Shown here: positions 20,761 to 35,700 of the stretch, piece after piece
Layout: each line of letters begins with the position of its first letter
How positions within the stretch are numbered: position 1 is the stretch's first letter
DNA from: Lingula anatina
Taxonomy: Eukaryota > Animalia > Brachiopoda
Direction of reading: 5' to 3'
Assembly: GCA_051362555.1 (NCBI GenBank)
Contig: CM120643.1
Span: forward strand, 11,098,001 to 11,162,000
Length of the DNA stretch: 64,000 bases
Notes under the pieces: model-generated
Databases searched by the model: none
What the model was told of the DNA's origin: nothing
Seen by the model: the letters and a program-made list of their open reading frames with translations, nothing else
Program-made: the position numbers and the translations under genes

Positions 20761-23700
20761 GTGGTGGTGTCAACATTAAGGAAGAAATAGAGCAAAAACT
20801 CTGTCTCCCCCCCCCCCCCTCTCAGATTCTGTTCTCAGAGCTTATTTTTGGATCATCTTTAAAGCTAGAATTGGGGGCCTTGATGAAGTGACCCGGGCGC
20901 GTTTCCACATTTTTTATGAATGACAGCTGTGGTAGATTGATTTTCGTCACTTTTTGGAAAAATCGGAGACGGGTCGATTTTTGGTGATTTTGAGTGATTT
21001 TGAACAGTGCCGGCACTGTGAGATTTCTTCAATTTTGGCCAGGTAGGGATGAAAATTTTTTTTCTTCATTATAGTGTCAGGTAGGTGTGTTCGGTCATTT
21101 GTAGTAAGAATAAAGTGCTGGAAGAGTGGTGGTGTCAACATTAAGGAAGAAATAGAGCAAAAACTCTGTCTCCCCCCCCTCTCAGATTCTGTTCTCAGAG
21201 CTTATTTTTGGATCATCTTTAAAGCTAGAATTGGGGGCCTTGATGAAGTGACCCGGGCGCGTTTCCACATTTTTTATGAATGACAGGTGTGGTAGATTGA
21301 TTTTCGTCACTTTTTAGAAAAATCGGAGACGGGTCGATTTTTGGTGATTTTGAGTGATTTTGAACAGTGCCAGCACTGTGAGATTTCTTCAATTTTGGCC
21401 AGGTAGGGATGAAAATTTTTTTTCTTCATTATAGTGTCAGGTAGGTGTGTTCGGTCATTTGTAGTAAGAATAAAGTGCTGGAAGAGTGGTGGTGTCAACA
21501 TTAAGGAAGAAATAGAGCAGAAACTCTGTCTCCCCCCCCCTCTCAGATTCTGTTCTCAGAGCTTATTTTTGGATCATCTTTAAAGCTAGAATTGGGGGCC
21601 TTGATGAAGTGACCCGGGCGCGTTTCCACATTTTTTATGAATGACAGGTGTGGTAGATTGATTTTCGTCACTTTTTGGAAAAATCGGAGACGGGTCGATT
21701 TTTGGTGATTTTGAGTGATTTTGAACAGTGCCGGCACTGTGAGATTTCTTCAATTTTGGCCAGGTAGGGATGAAAATTTTTTTTCGTCATTATAGTGTCA
21801 GGTAGGTGTGTTCGGTCATTTGTAGTAAGAATAAAGTGCTGGAAGAGTGGTGGTGTCAACATTAAGGAAGAAATAGAGCAAAAACTCTGTCTCCCCCCCC
21901 CTCTCAGATTCTGTTCTCAGAGCTAATTTTTGGATCATCTTTAAAGCTAGAATTGGGGGCCTTGATGAAGTGACCCGGGCGCGTTTCCACATTTTTTATG
22001 AATGACAGGTGTGGTAGATTGATTTTCGTCACTTTTTGGAAAAATCGGAGACGGGTCGATTTTTGGTGATTTTGAGTGATTTTGAACAGTGCCGGCACTG
22101 TGAGATTTCTTCAATTTTGGCCAGGTAGGGATGAAAATTTTTTTTCTTCATTATAGTGTCAGGTAGGTGTGTTCGGTCATTTGTAGTAAGAATAAAGTGC
22201 TGGAAGAGTGGTGGTGTCAACATTAAGGAAGAAATAGAGCAAAAACTCTGTCTCCCCCCCCTCTCAGATTCTGTTCTCAGAGCTTATTTTTGGATCATCT
22301 TTAAAGCTAGAATTGGGGGCCTTGATGAAGTGACCCGGGCGCGTTTCCACATTTTTTATAAATGACAGCTGTGGTAGATTGATTTTCGTCACTTTTTGGA
22401 AAAATCGGAGACGGGTCGATTTTTGGTGATTTTGAGTGATTTTGAACAGTGCCGGCACTGTGAGATTTCTTCAATTTTGGCCAGGTAGGGATGAAAATTT
22501 TTTTTCTTCATTATAGTGTCAGGTAGGTGTGTTCGGTCATTTGTAGTAAGAATAAAGTGCTGGAAGAGTGGTGGTGTCAACATTAAGGAAGAAATAGAGC
22601 AAAAACTCTGTCTCCCCCCCCCTCTCAGATTCTGTTCTCAGAGCTTATTTTTGGATCATCTTTAAAGCTAGAATTGGGGGCCTTGATGAAGTGACCCGGG
22701 CGCGTTTCCACATTTTTTATGAATGACAGCTGTGGTAGATTGATTTTCGTCACTTTTTGGAAAAATGGGAGACGGGTCGATTTTTGGTGATTTTGAGTGA
22801 TTTTGAACAGTGCCGGCACTGTGAGATTTCTTCAATTTTGGCCAGGTAGGGATGAAAATTTTTTTTCTTCATTATAGTGTCAGGTAGGTGTGTTCGGTCA
22901 TTTGTAGTAAGAATAAAGTGCTGGAAGAGTGGTGGTGTCAACATTAAGGAAGAAATAGAGCAAAAACTCTGTCTCCCCCCCCCCTCTCAGATTCTGTTCT
23001 CAGAGCTAATTTTTGGATCATCTTTAAAGCTAGAATTGGGGGCCTTGATGAAGTGACCCGGGCGCGTTTCCACATTTTTTATGAATGACAGGTGTGGTAG
23101 ATTGATTTTCGTCATTTTTTGGAAAAATCGGAGACGGGTCGATTTTTGGTGATTTTGAGTGATTTTGAACAGTGCCGGCACTGTGAGATTTCTTCAATTT
23201 TGGCCAGGTAGGGATGAAAATTTTTTTTCTTCATTATAGTGTCAGGTAGGTGTGTTCGGTCATTTGTAGTAAGAATAAAGTGCTGGAAGAGTGGTGGTGT
23301 CAACATTAAGGAAGAAATAGAGCAAAAACTCTGTCTCCCCCCCCCTCTCAGATTCTGTTCTCAGAGCTAATTTTTGGATCATCCTTAAAGCTAGAATTGG
23401 GGGCCTTGATGAAGTGACCTGGGCGCGTTTCCACATTTTTTATGAATGACAGGTGTGGTAGATTGATTTTCGTCATTTTTTGGAAAAATCGGAGACGGGT
23501 CGATTTTTGGTGATTTTGAGTGATTTTGAACAGTGCCGGCACTGTGAGATTTCTTCAATTTTGGCCAGGTAGGGATGAAAATTTTTTTTCTTCATTATAG
23601 TGTCAGGTAGGTGTGTTCGGTCATTTGTAGTAAGAATAAAGTGCTGGAAGAGTGGTGGTGTCAACATTAAGGAAGAAATAGAGCAAAAATTCTGTCTCCC

Positions 23701-26700
23701 CCCCCCCTCTCAGATTCTGTTCTCAGAGCTTATTTTTGGATCATCTTTAAAGCTAGAATTGGGGGACTTGATGAAGTGACCCGGGCGCGTTTCCACATTT
23801 TTTATGAATGACAGGTGTGGTAGATTGATTTTCGTCACTTTTTGGAAAAATCGGAGACGGGTCGATTTTTGGTGATTTTGAGTGATTTTGAACAGTGCTG
23901 GCACTGTGAGATTTCTTCAATTTTGGCCAGGTAGGGATGAAATTTTTTTTTTCTTCATTATAGTGTCAGGTAGGTGTGTTCGGTCATTTGTAGTAAGAAT
24001 AAAGTGCTGGAAGAGTGGTGGTGTCAACATTAAGGAAGAAATAAAGCAAAAACTCTGTCTCCCCCCCCCCCCCTCTCAGATTCTGTTCTCAGAGCTTATT
24101 TTTGGATCATCTTTAAAGCTAGAATTGGGGGCCTTGATGAAGTGACCCGGGCGCGTTTCCACATTTTTTATGAATGACAGGTGTGGTAGATTGATTTTCG
24201 TCACTCTTTAGAAAAATCGGAGACGGGTCGATTTTTGTTGATTTTGAGTGATTTTGAACAGTGCCGGCACTGTGAGATTTCTTCAATTTTGGCCAGGTAG
24301 GGATGAAAATTTTTTTTTTTCATTATAGTGTCAGGTAGGTGTGTTCGGTCATTTGTAGTAAGAATAAAGTGCTGGAAGAGTGGTGGTGTCAACATTAAGG
24401 AAGAAATAGAGCAAAAACTCTGTCTCCCCCCCCCCCCTCTCAGATTCTGTTCTCAGAGCTTATTTTTGGATCATCTTTAAAGCTAGAATTGGGGGCCTTG
24501 ATGAAGTGACCCGGGCGCGTTTCCACATTTTTTATGAATGACAGGTGTGGTAGATTGATTTTCGTCACTTTTTGGAAAAATCGGAGACGGGTCGATTTTT
24601 GGTGATTTTGAGTGATTTTGAACAGTGCCGGCACTGTGAGATTTCTTCAATTTTGGCCAGGTAGGGATGAAAATTTTTTTTCTTCATTATAGTGTCAGGT
24701 AGGTGTGTTCGGTCATTTGTAGTAAGAATAAAGTGCTGGAAGAGTGGTGGTGTCAACATTAAGGAAGAAATAGAGCAAAAACTCTGTCTCCCCCCCCCCC
24801 TCTCAGATTCTGTTCTCAGAGCTTATTTTTGGATCATCTTTAAAGCTAGAATTGGGGGCCTTGATGAAGTGACCCGGGCGCGTTTCCACATTTTTTATGA
24901 ATGACAGGTGTGGTAGATTGATTTTCGTCACTTTTTGGAAAAATCGGAGACGGGTCGATTTTTGGTGATTTTGAGTGATTTTGAACAGTGCCGGCACTGT
25001 GAGATTTCTTCAATTTTGGCCAGGTAGGGATGAAAATTTTTTTTCTTCATTATAGTGTCAGGTAGGTGTGTTCGGTCATTTGTAGTAAGAATAAAGTGCT
25101 GGAAGAGTGGTGGTGTCAACATTAAGGAAGAAATAAAGCAAAAACTCTGTCTCCCCCCCCCCCTCTCAGATTCTGTTCTCAGAGCTTATTTTTGGATCAT
25201 CTTTAAAGCTAGAATTGGGGGCCTTGATGAAGTGACCCGGGCGCGTTTCCACATTTTTTATGAATGACAGGTGTGGTAGATTGATTTTCGTCACTTTTTG
25301 GAAAAATCGGAGACGGGTTGATTTTTGGTGATTTTGAGTGATTTTGAACAGTGCCGGCACTGTGAGATTTCTTCAATTTTGGCCAGGTAGGGATGAAAAT
25401 TTTTTTTCTTCATTATAGTGTCAGGTAGGTGTGTTCGGTCATTTGTAGTAAGAATAAAGTGCTGGAAGAGTGGTGGTGTCAACATTAAGGAAGAAATAGA
25501 GCAAAAACTCTGTCTCCCCCCCCCCTCTCAGATTCTGTTCTCAGAGCTAATTTTTGGATCATCTTTAAAGCTAGAATTGGGGGCCTTGATGAAGTGACCC
25601 GGGCGCGTTTCCACATTTTTTATGAATGACAGGTGTGGTAGATTGATTTTCGTCATTTTTTGGAAAAATCGGAGACGGGTCTATTTTTGGTGATTTTGAG
25701 TGATTTTGAACAGTGCCGGCACTGTGAGATTTCTTCAATTTTGGCCAGGTAGGGATGAAAATTTTTTTTCTTCATTATAGTGTCAGGTAGGTGTGTTCGG
25801 TCATTTGTAGTAAGAATAAAGTGCTGGAAGAGTGGTGGTGTCAACATTAAGGAAGAAATAGAGCAAAAATTCTGTCTCCCCCCCCCCTCTCAGATTCTGT
25901 TCTCAGAGCTTATTTTTGGATCATCTTTAAAGCTAGAATTGGGGGACTTGATGAAGTGACCCGGGCGCGTTTCCACATTTTTTATGAATGACAGGTGTGG
26001 TAGATTGATTTTCGTCACTTTTTGGAAAAATCGGAGACGGGTCGATTTTTGGTGATTTTGAGTGATTTTGAACAGTGCCGGCACTGTGAGATTTCTTCAA
26101 TTTTGGCCAGGTAGGGATGAAAATTTTTTTTTCTTCATTATAGTGTCAGGTAGGTGTGTTCGGTCATTTGTAGTAAGAATAAAGTGCTGGAAGAGTGGTG
26201 GTGTCAACATTAAGGAAGAAATAAAGCAAAAACTCTGTCTCCCCCCCCCCCCCTCTCAGATTCTGTTCTCAGAGCTTATTTTTGGATCATCTTTAAAGCT
26301 AGAATTGGGGGCCTTGATGAAGTGACCCGGGCGCGTTTCCACATTTTTTATGAATGACAGGTGTGGTAGATTGATTTTCGTCACTTTTTGGAAAAATGGG
26401 AGACGGGTCGATTTTTGGTGATTTTGAGTGATTTTGAACAGTGCCGGCACTGTGAGATTTCTTCAATTTTGGCCAGGTAGGGATGAAAATTTTTTTTCTT
26501 CATTATAGTGTCAGGTAGGTGTGTTCGGTCATTTGTAGTAAGAATAAAGTGCTGGAAGAGTGGTGGTGTCAACATTAAGGAAGAAATAGAGCAAAAACTC
26601 TGTCTCCCCCCCCCCTCTCAGATTCTGTTCTCAGAGCTTATTTTTGGATCATCTTTAAAGCTAGAATTGGGGGCCTTGATGAAGTGACCCGGGCGCGTTT

Positions 26701-29700
26701 CCACATTTTTTATGAATGACAGGTGTGGTAGATTGATTTTCGTCACTCTTTAGAAAAATCGGAGACGGGTCGATTTTTGTTGATTTTGAGTGATTTTGAA
26801 CAGTGCCGGCACTGTGAGATTTCTTCAATTTTGGCCAGGTAGGGATGAAAATTTTTTTTTTTCATTATAGTGTCAGGTAGGTGTGTTCGGTCATTTGTAG
26901 TAAGAATAAAGTGCTGGAAGAGTGGTGGTGTCAACATTAAGGAAGAAATAGAGCAAAAACTCTGTCTCCCCCCCCCCCTCTCAGATTCTGTTCTCAGAGC
27001 TTATTTTTGGATCATCTTTAAAGCTAGAATTGGGGGCCTTGATGAAGTGACCCGGGCGCGTTTCCACATTTTTTATGAATGACAGGTGTGGTAGATTGAT
27101 TTTCGTCACTTTTTGGAAAAATCGGAGACGGGTCGATTTTTGGTGATTTTGAGTGATTTTGAACAGTGCCGGCACTGTGAGATTTCTTCAATTTTGGCCA
27201 GGTAGGGATGAAAATTTTTTTTCTTCATTATAGTGTCAGGTAGGTGTGTTCGGTCATTTGTAGTAAGAATAAAGTGCTGGAAGAGTGGTGGTGTCAACAT
27301 TAAGGAAGAAATAGAGCAAAAACTCTGTCTCCCCCCCCCCCTCTCAGATTCTGTTCTCAGAGCTTATTATTGGATCATCTTTAAAGCTAGAATTGGGGGC
27401 CTTGATGAAGTGACCCGGGCGCGTTTCCACATTTTTTATGAATGACAGGTGTGGTAGATTGATTTTCGTCACTTTTTGGAAAAATCGGAGACGGGTCGAT
27501 TTTTGGTGATTTTGAGTGATTTTGAACAGTGCCGGCACTGTGAGATTTCTTCAATTTTGGCCAGGTAGGGATGAACATTTTTTTCTTCATTATAGTGTCA
27601 GGTAGGTGTGTTCGGTCATTTGTAGTAAGAATAAAGTGCTGGAAGAGTGGTGGTGTCAACATTAAGGAAGAAATAAAGCAAAAACTCTGTCTCCCCCCCC
27701 CCCCCCTCTCAGATTCTGTTCTCAGAGCTTATTTTTGGATCATCTTTAAAGCTAGAATTGGGGGCCTTGATGAAGTGACCCGGGCGCGTTTCCACATTTT
27801 TTATGAATGACAAGTGTGGTAGATTGATTTTCGTCACTTTTTGGAAAAATCGGAGACGGGTTGATTTTTGGTGATTTTGAGTGATTTTGAACAGTGCCGG
27901 CACTGTGAGATTTCTTCAATTTTGGCCAGGTAGGGATGAAAATTTTTTTTCTTCATTATAGTGTCAGGTAGGTGTGTTCGGTCATTTGTAGTAAGAATAA
28001 AGTGCTGGAAGAGTGGTGGTGTCAACATTAAGGAAGAAATAGAGCAAAAACTCTGTCTCCCCCCCCCCTCTCAGATTCTGTTCTCAGAGCTAATTTTTGG
28101 ATCATCTTTAAAGCTAGAATTGGGGGCCTTGATGAAGTGACCCGGGCGCGTTTCCACATTTTTTATGAATGACAGGTGTGGTAGATTGATTTTCGTCATT
28201 TTTTGGAAAAATCGGAGACGGGTCGATTTTTGGTGATTTTGAGTGATTTTGAACAGTGCCGGCACTGTGAGATTTCTTCAATTTTGGCCAGGTAGGGATG
28301 AAAATTTTTTTTCTTCATTATAGTGTCAGGTAGGTGTGTTCGGTCATTTGTAGTAAGAATAAAGTGCTGGAAGAGTGGTGGTGTCAACATTAAGGAAGAA
28401 ATAGAGCAAAAATTCTGTCTCCCCCCCCCCTCTCAGATTCTGTTCTCAGAGCTTATTTTTGGATCATCTTTAAAGCTAGAATTGGGGGACTTGATGAAGT
28501 GACCCGGGCGCGTTTCCACATTTTTTATGAATGACAGGTGTGGTAGATTGATTTTCGTCACTTTTTGGAAAAATCGGAGACGGGTCGATTTTTGGTGATT
28601 TTGAGTGATTTTGAACAGTGCCGGCACTGTGAGATTTCTTCAATTTTGGCCAGGTAGGGATGAAAATTTTTTTTTCTTCATTATAGTGTCAGGTAGGTGT
28701 GTTCGGTCATTTGTAGTAAGAATAAAGTGCTGGAAGAGTGGTGGTGTCAACATTAAGGAAGAAATAAAGCAAAAACTCTGTCTCCCCCCCCCCCCCCTCT
28801 CAGATTCTGTTCTCAGAGCTTATTTTTGGATCATCTTTAAAGCTAGAATTGGGGGCCTTGATGAAGTGACCCGGGCGCGTTTCCACATTTTTTATGAATG
28901 ACAGGTGTGGTAGATTGATTTTCGTCACTTTTTGGAAAAATGGGAGACGGGTCGATTTTTGGTGATTTTGAGTGATTTTGAACAGTGCCGGCACTGTGAG
29001 ATTTCTTCAATTTTGGCCAGGTAGGGATGAAAATTTTTTTTCTTCATTATAGTGTCAGGTAGGTGTGTTCGGTCATTTGTAGTAAGAATAAAGTGCTGGA
29101 AGAGTGGTGGTGTCAACATTAAGGAAGAAATAGAGCAAAAACTCTGTCTCCCCCCCCCCTCTCAGATTCTGTTCTCAGAGCTTATTTTTGGATCATCTTT
29201 AAAGCTAGAATTGGGGGCCTTGATGAAGTGACCCGGGCGCGTTTCCACATTTTTTATGAATGACAGGTGTGGTAGATTGATTTTCGTCACTCTTTAGAAA
29301 AATCGGAGACGGGTCGATTTTTGTTGATTTTGAGTGATTTTGAACAGTGCCGGCACTGTGAGATTTCTTCAATTTTGGCCAGGTAGGGATGAAAATTTTT
29401 TTTTTTCATTATAGTGTCAGGTAGGTGTGTTCGGTCATTTGTAGTAAGAATAAAGTGCTGGAAGAGTGGTGGTGTCAACATTAAGGAAGAAATAGAGCAA
29501 AAACTCTGTCTCCCCCCCCCCTCTCAGATTCTGTTCTCAGAGCTTATTTTTGGATCATCTTTAAAGCTAGAATTGGGGGCCTTGATGAAGTGACCCGGGC
29601 GCGTTTCCACATTTTTTATGAATGACAGGTGTGGTAGATTGATTTTCGTCACTTTTTGGAAAAATCGGAGACGGGTCGATTTTTGGTGATTTTGAGTGAT

Positions 29701-32700
29701 TTTGAACAGTGCCGGCACTGTGAGATTTCTTCAATTTTGGCCAGGTAGGGATGAAAATTTTTTTTCTTCATTATAGTGTCAGGTAGGTGTGTTCGGTCAT
29801 TTGTAGTAAGAATAAAGTGCTGGAAGAGTGGTGGTGTCAACATTAAGGAAGAAATAGAGCAAAAACTCTGTCTCCCCCCCCCCTCTCAGATTCTGTTCTC
29901 AGAGCTTATTATTGGATCATCTTTAAAGCTAGAATTGGGGGCCTTGATGAAGTGACCCGGGCGCGTTTCCACATTTTTTATGAATGACAGGTGTGGTAGA
30001 TTGATTTTCGTCACTTTTTGGAAAAATCGGAGACGGGTCGATTTTTGGTGATTTTGAGTGATTTTGAACAGTGCCGGCACTGTGAGATTTCTTCAATTTT
30101 GGCCAGGTAGGGATGAACATTTTTTTCTTCATTATAGTGTCAGGTAGGTGTGTTCGGTCATTTGTAGTAAGAATAAAGTGCTGGAAGAGTGGTGGTGTCA
30201 ACATTAAGGAAGAAATAGAGCAAAAACTCTGTCTCCCCCCCCCCCCCTCTCAGATTCTGTTCTCAGAGCTTATTTTTGGATCATCTTTAAAGCTAGAATT
30301 GGGGGCCTTGATGAAGTGACCCAGGCGCGTTTCCACATTTTTTATGAATGACAGGTGTGGTAGATTGATTTTCGTCACTTTTTGGAAAAATCGGAGACGG
30401 GTCGATTTTTGGTGATTTTGAGTGATTTTGAACAGTGCCGGCACTGTGAGATTTCTTCAATTTTGGCCAGGTAGGGATGAAAATTTTTTTTCTTCATTAT
30501 AGTGTGAGGTAGGTGTGTTCGGTCATTAGTAGTAAGAATAAAATGCTGGAAGAGTGGGGGTGTCAACATTAAGGAAGAAATAGAGCAAAAACTCTGTCTC
30601 CCCCCCCCCCCCCCCTCTCAGATTCTGTTCTCAGAGCTTATTTTTGGATCATCTTTAAAGCTAGAATTGGGGGCCTTGATGAAGTGACCCGGGTGCGTTT
30701 CCACATTTTTTATGAATGACAGGTGTGGTACATTGATTTTCGTCACTTTTTGGAAAAATCGGAGACGGGTCGATTTTTGGATCATCTTTAAAGCTATAAT
30801 TGGGGGCCTTGATGAAGTGACCCGGGCGCGTTTCCACATTTTTTATGAATGACAGGTGTGGTAGATTGATTTTCGTCACTTTTTGGAAAAATCGGAGACG
30901 GGTCGATTTTTGGTGATTTTGAGTGATTTTGAACAGTGCCGGCACTGTGAGATTTCTTCAATTTTGGCCAGGTAGGGATGAAAAATTTTTTTCTTCATTA
31001 TAGTGTCAGGTAGGTGTGTTCGGTCATTTGTAGTAAGAATAAAGTGCTGGAAGAGTGGTGGTGTCAACATTAAGGAAGAAATAGAGCAAAAACTCTGTCT
31101 CCCCCCCCCCCCCTCTCAGATTCTGTTCTCAGAGCTTATTTTTGGATCATCTTTAAAGCTAGAATTGGGGGCCTTGATGAAGTGACCTGGGCGCGTTTCC
31201 ACATTTTTTATGAATGACAGGTGTGGTAGATTGATTTTCGTCACTTTTTGGAAAAATCGGAGACGGGTCGATTTTTGGTGATTTTGAGTGATTTTGAACA
31301 GTGCCGGCAATGTGAGATTTCTTCAATTTTGGCCAGGTAGGGATGAAAATTTTTTTTCTTCATTATAGTGTCATGTAGGTGTGTTCGGTCATTTGTAGTA
31401 AGAATAAAGTGCTGGAAGAGTGGTGGTGTCAACATTAAGGAAGAAATAGAGCAAAAACTCTGTCTCCCCCCCCTCTCAGATTCTGTTCTCAGAGCTTATT
31501 TTTGGATCATCTTTAAAGCTAGAATTGGGGGCCTTGATGAAGTGACCCGGGCGCCTTTCCACATTTTTTATGAATGACAGGTGTGGTAGATTGATTTTCG
31601 TCACTTTTTGGAAAAATCGGAGACGGGTCGATTTTTGGTGATTTTGAGTGATTTTGAACAGTGCCGGCACTGTGAGATTTCTTCAATTTTGGCCAGGTAG
31701 GGATGAAAATTTTTTTTCTTCATTATAGTGTCAGGTAGGTGTGTTCGGTCATTTGTAGTAAGAATAAAGTGCTGGAAGAGTGGTGGTGTCAACATTAAGG
31801 AAGAAATAGAGCAAAAACTCTGTCTCCCCCCCCCCCCCCCTCTCAGATTCTGTTCTCAGAGCTTATTTTTGGATCATCTTTAAAGCTAGAATTGGGGGCC
31901 TTGAAGTGACCCGGGCGCGTTTCCACATTTTTTATGAATGACAGGTGTGGTAGATTGATTTTCGTCACTTTTTGGAAAAATCGGAGACGGGTCGATTTTT
32001 GGTGATTTTGAGTGATTTTGAACAGTGCCGGCACTGTGAGATTTCTTCAATTTTGGCCAGGTAGGGATGAAAAATTTTTTTCTTCATTATAGTGTCAGGT
32101 AGGTGTGTTCGGTCATTTGTAGTAAGAATAAAGTGCTGGAAGAGTGGTGGTGTCAACATTAAGGAAGAAATAGAGCAAAAACTCTGTCTCCCCCCCCTCT
32201 CAGATTCTGTTCTCAGAGCTTATTCTTGGATCATCTTTAAAGCTAGAATTGGGGGCCTTGATGAAGTGACCCGGGCGCGTTTCCACATTTTTTATGAATG
32301 ATGGATGAAAATTTTTTTTCTTCATTATAGTGTCAGGTAGGTGTGTTCGGTCATTTGTAGTAAGAATAAAGTGCTGGAAGAGTGGTGGTGTCAACATTAA
32401 GGAAGAAATAGAGCAAAAACTCTGTCTCCCCCCCCCTCTCAGATTCTGTTCTCAGAGCTTATTTTTGGATCATCTTTAAAGCTAGAATTGGGGGCCTTGA
32501 TGAAGTGACCCGGGCGCGTTTCCACATTTTTTATGAATGACAGGTGTGGTAGATTGATTTTCGTCACTTTTTGGAAAAATCGGAGTCGGGTCGATTTTTG
32601 GTGATTTTGAGTGATTTTGAACAGTGCCGGCACTGTGAGATTTATTCAATTTTGGCCAGGTAGGGATGAAAATTTTTTTTCTTCATTATAGTGTCAGGTA

Positions 32701-35700
32701 GGTGTGTTCGGTCATTTGTAGTAAGAATAAAGTGCTGGAAGAGTGGTGGTGTCAACATTAAGGAAGAAATAGAGCAAAAACTCTGTCTCCCCCCCCTCTC
32801 AGATTCTGTTCTCAGAGCTTATTTTTGGATCATCTTTAAAGCTAGAATTGGGGGCCTTGATGAAGTGACCCGGGCACGTTTCCACATTTTTTATGAATGA
32901 CAGGTGTGGTAGATTGATTTTCGTCACTTTTTGGAAAAAATCGGAGACAGGTCGATTTTTGGTGATTTTGAGTGATTTTGAACAGTGCCGGCACTGTGAG
33001 ATTTCTTCAATTTTGGCCAGGTAGGGATGAAAATTTTTTTCCTTCATTATAGTGTCAGGTAGGTGTGTTCGGTCATTTGTAGTAAGAATAAAGTGCTGGA
33101 AGAGTGGTGGTTTCAACATTAAGGAAGAAATAGAGCAAAAACTCTGTCTCCCCCATCCCTCTCAGATTCTGTTCTCAGAGCTTATTTTTGGATCATCTTT
33201 AAAGCTAGAATTGGGGGCCTTGATGAAGTAACCCGGGCGCGTTTCCACATTTTTTATGAATGACAGGTGTGGTAGATTGATTTTCGTCACTTTTTGGAAA
33301 AATCGGAGACGGGTCGATTTTTGGTGATTTTGAGTGATTTTGAACAGTGCCGGCACTGTGAGATTTCTTCAATTTTGGCCAGGTAGGGATGAAAATTTTT
33401 TTTCTTCATTATAGTGTCAGGTAGGTGTGTTCGGTCATTTGTAGTAGGAATAAAGTGCTGGAAGAGTGGTGGTGTCAACATTAAGGAAGAAATAGAGCAA
33501 AAACTCTGTCTCCCCCCCCCTCTCAGATTCTGTTCTCAGAGCTTATTTTTGGATTATCTTTAAAGCTAGAATTGGGGGCTTTGATGAAGTGACCCGGGCG
33601 CGTTTCCACATTTTTTATGAATGACAGGTGTGGTAGATTGATTTTCGTCACTTTTTGGAAAAATCGGAGACGGGTCGATTTTTGGTGATTTTGAGTGATT
33701 TTGAACAGTGCCGGCACTGTGAGATTTCTTCAATTTTGGCCAGTTAGGGATGAAAATTTTTTTTCTTCATTATAGTGTCAGATAGGTGTGTTTGGTCATT
33801 TGTAGTAAGAATAAAGTGCTGGAAGAGTGGTGGTGTCAACATTAAGGAAGAAATAGAGCAAAAACTCTGTCTCCCCCCCCCTCTCAGATTCTGTTCTCAG
33901 AGCTTATTTTTGGATCATCTTTAAAGCTATAATTGGGGGCCTTGATGAAGTGACCCGGGCGCGTTTCCACATTTTTTATGAATGACAGGTGTGGTAGATT
34001 GATTTTCGTCACTTTTTGGAAAAATCGGAGACGGGTCGATTTTTGGTGATTTTGAGTGATTTTGAACAGTGCCGGCACTGTGAGATTTCTTCAATTTTGG
34101 CCAGGTAGGGATGAAAATTTTTTTTCTTCATTATAGTGTCAGGTAGGTGTGTTCGGTCATTTGTAGTAAGAATAAAGTGCTGGAAGAGTGGTGGTGTCAA
34201 CATTAAGGAAGAAATAGAGCAAAAACTCTGTCTCCCCCCCCCCTCTCAGATTCTGTTCTCAGAGCTTATTTTTGGATCATCTTTAAAGCTAGAATTGGGG
34301 GCCTTGATGAAGTGACCCGGGCGCGTTTCCACATTTTTTATGAATGACAGGTGTGGTAGATTGATTTTCGTCACTTTTTGGAAAAAATGGGAGATGGGTC
34401 GATTTTTGGTGATTTTGAGTGATTTTGAACAGTGCCGGCACTGTGAGATTTCTTCAATTTTGGCCAGGTAGGGATGAAAATTTTTTTTCTTCATTATAGT
34501 GTCAGGTAGGTGTGTTCGGTCATTTGTAGTAAGAATAAAGTGCTGGAAGAGTGGTGGTGTCAACATTAAGGAAGAAATAGAGCAAAAACTCTATCTCCCC
34601 CCCCCCTCTCAGATTCTGTTCTCAGAGCTTATTTTTGGATCATCTTTAAAGCTAGAATTGGGGGCCTTGATGAAGTGACCCGGGCGCGTTTCCACATTTT
34701 TTATGAATGACAGGTGTGGTAGATTGATTTTCGTCACTTTTTGGAAAAAATGGGAGATGGGTCGATTTTTGGTGATTTTGAGTGATTTTGAACAGTGCCG
34801 GCACTGTGAGATTTCTTCAATTTTGGCCAGGTAGGGATGAAAATTTTTTTTCTTCATTATAGTGTCAGGTAGGTGTGTTCGGTCATTTGTAGTAAGAATA
34901 AAGTGCTGGAAGAGTGGTGGTGTCAACATTAAGGAAGAAATAGAGCAAAAACTCTATCTCCCCCCCCCCCCTCTCAGATTCTGTTCTCAGAGCTTATTTT
35001 TGGATCATCTTTAAAGCTAGAATTGGGGGCCTTGATGAAGTGACGCGGGCGCGTTTCCACATTTTTTATGAATGAGAGGTGTGGTAGATTGATTTTCGTC
35101 ACTTTTTGGAAAAATCGGAGACGGGTCGATTTTTGGTGATTTTGAGTGATTTTGAACAGTGCCGGTACTGTGAGATTTCTTCAGTTTTGGCCAGTTAGGG
35201 ATTAAAATTTTTTTTCTTCATTATAGTGTCAGATAGGTGTGTTTGGTCATTTGTAGTAAGAATAAAGTGCTGGAAGAGTGGTGGTGTCAACATTAAGGAA
35301 GAAATAGAGCAAAAACTCTGTCTCCCCCCCCCTCTCAGATTCTGTTCTCAGAGCTTATTTTTGGATCATCTTTAAAGCTAGAATTGGGGGCCTTGATGAA
35401 GTGACCCGGGCGCGTTTCCACATTTTTTATGAATGACAGGTGTGGTAGATTGATTTTCGTCACTTTTTGGAAAAATCGGAGACGGGTCGATTTTTGGTGA
35501 TTTTGAGTGATTTTGAACAGTGCCGGCACTGTGAGATTTCTTCAATTTTGGCCAGGTAGGGATGAAAATTTTTTTTCTTCATTATAGTGTCAGGTAGGTG
35601 TGTTCGGTCATTTGTAGTAAGAATAAAGTGCTGGAAGAGTGGTGGTGTCAACATTAAGGAAGAAATAGAGCAAAAACTCTGTCTCCCCCCCCCCCCCTCT

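Noticed and set aside
20880-21100. CENP-B box in the monomer
   Set aside because: TCGGAGACGGG resembles it, but the TTCG-n4-A-n2-CGGG spacing is not met on either strand by eye.
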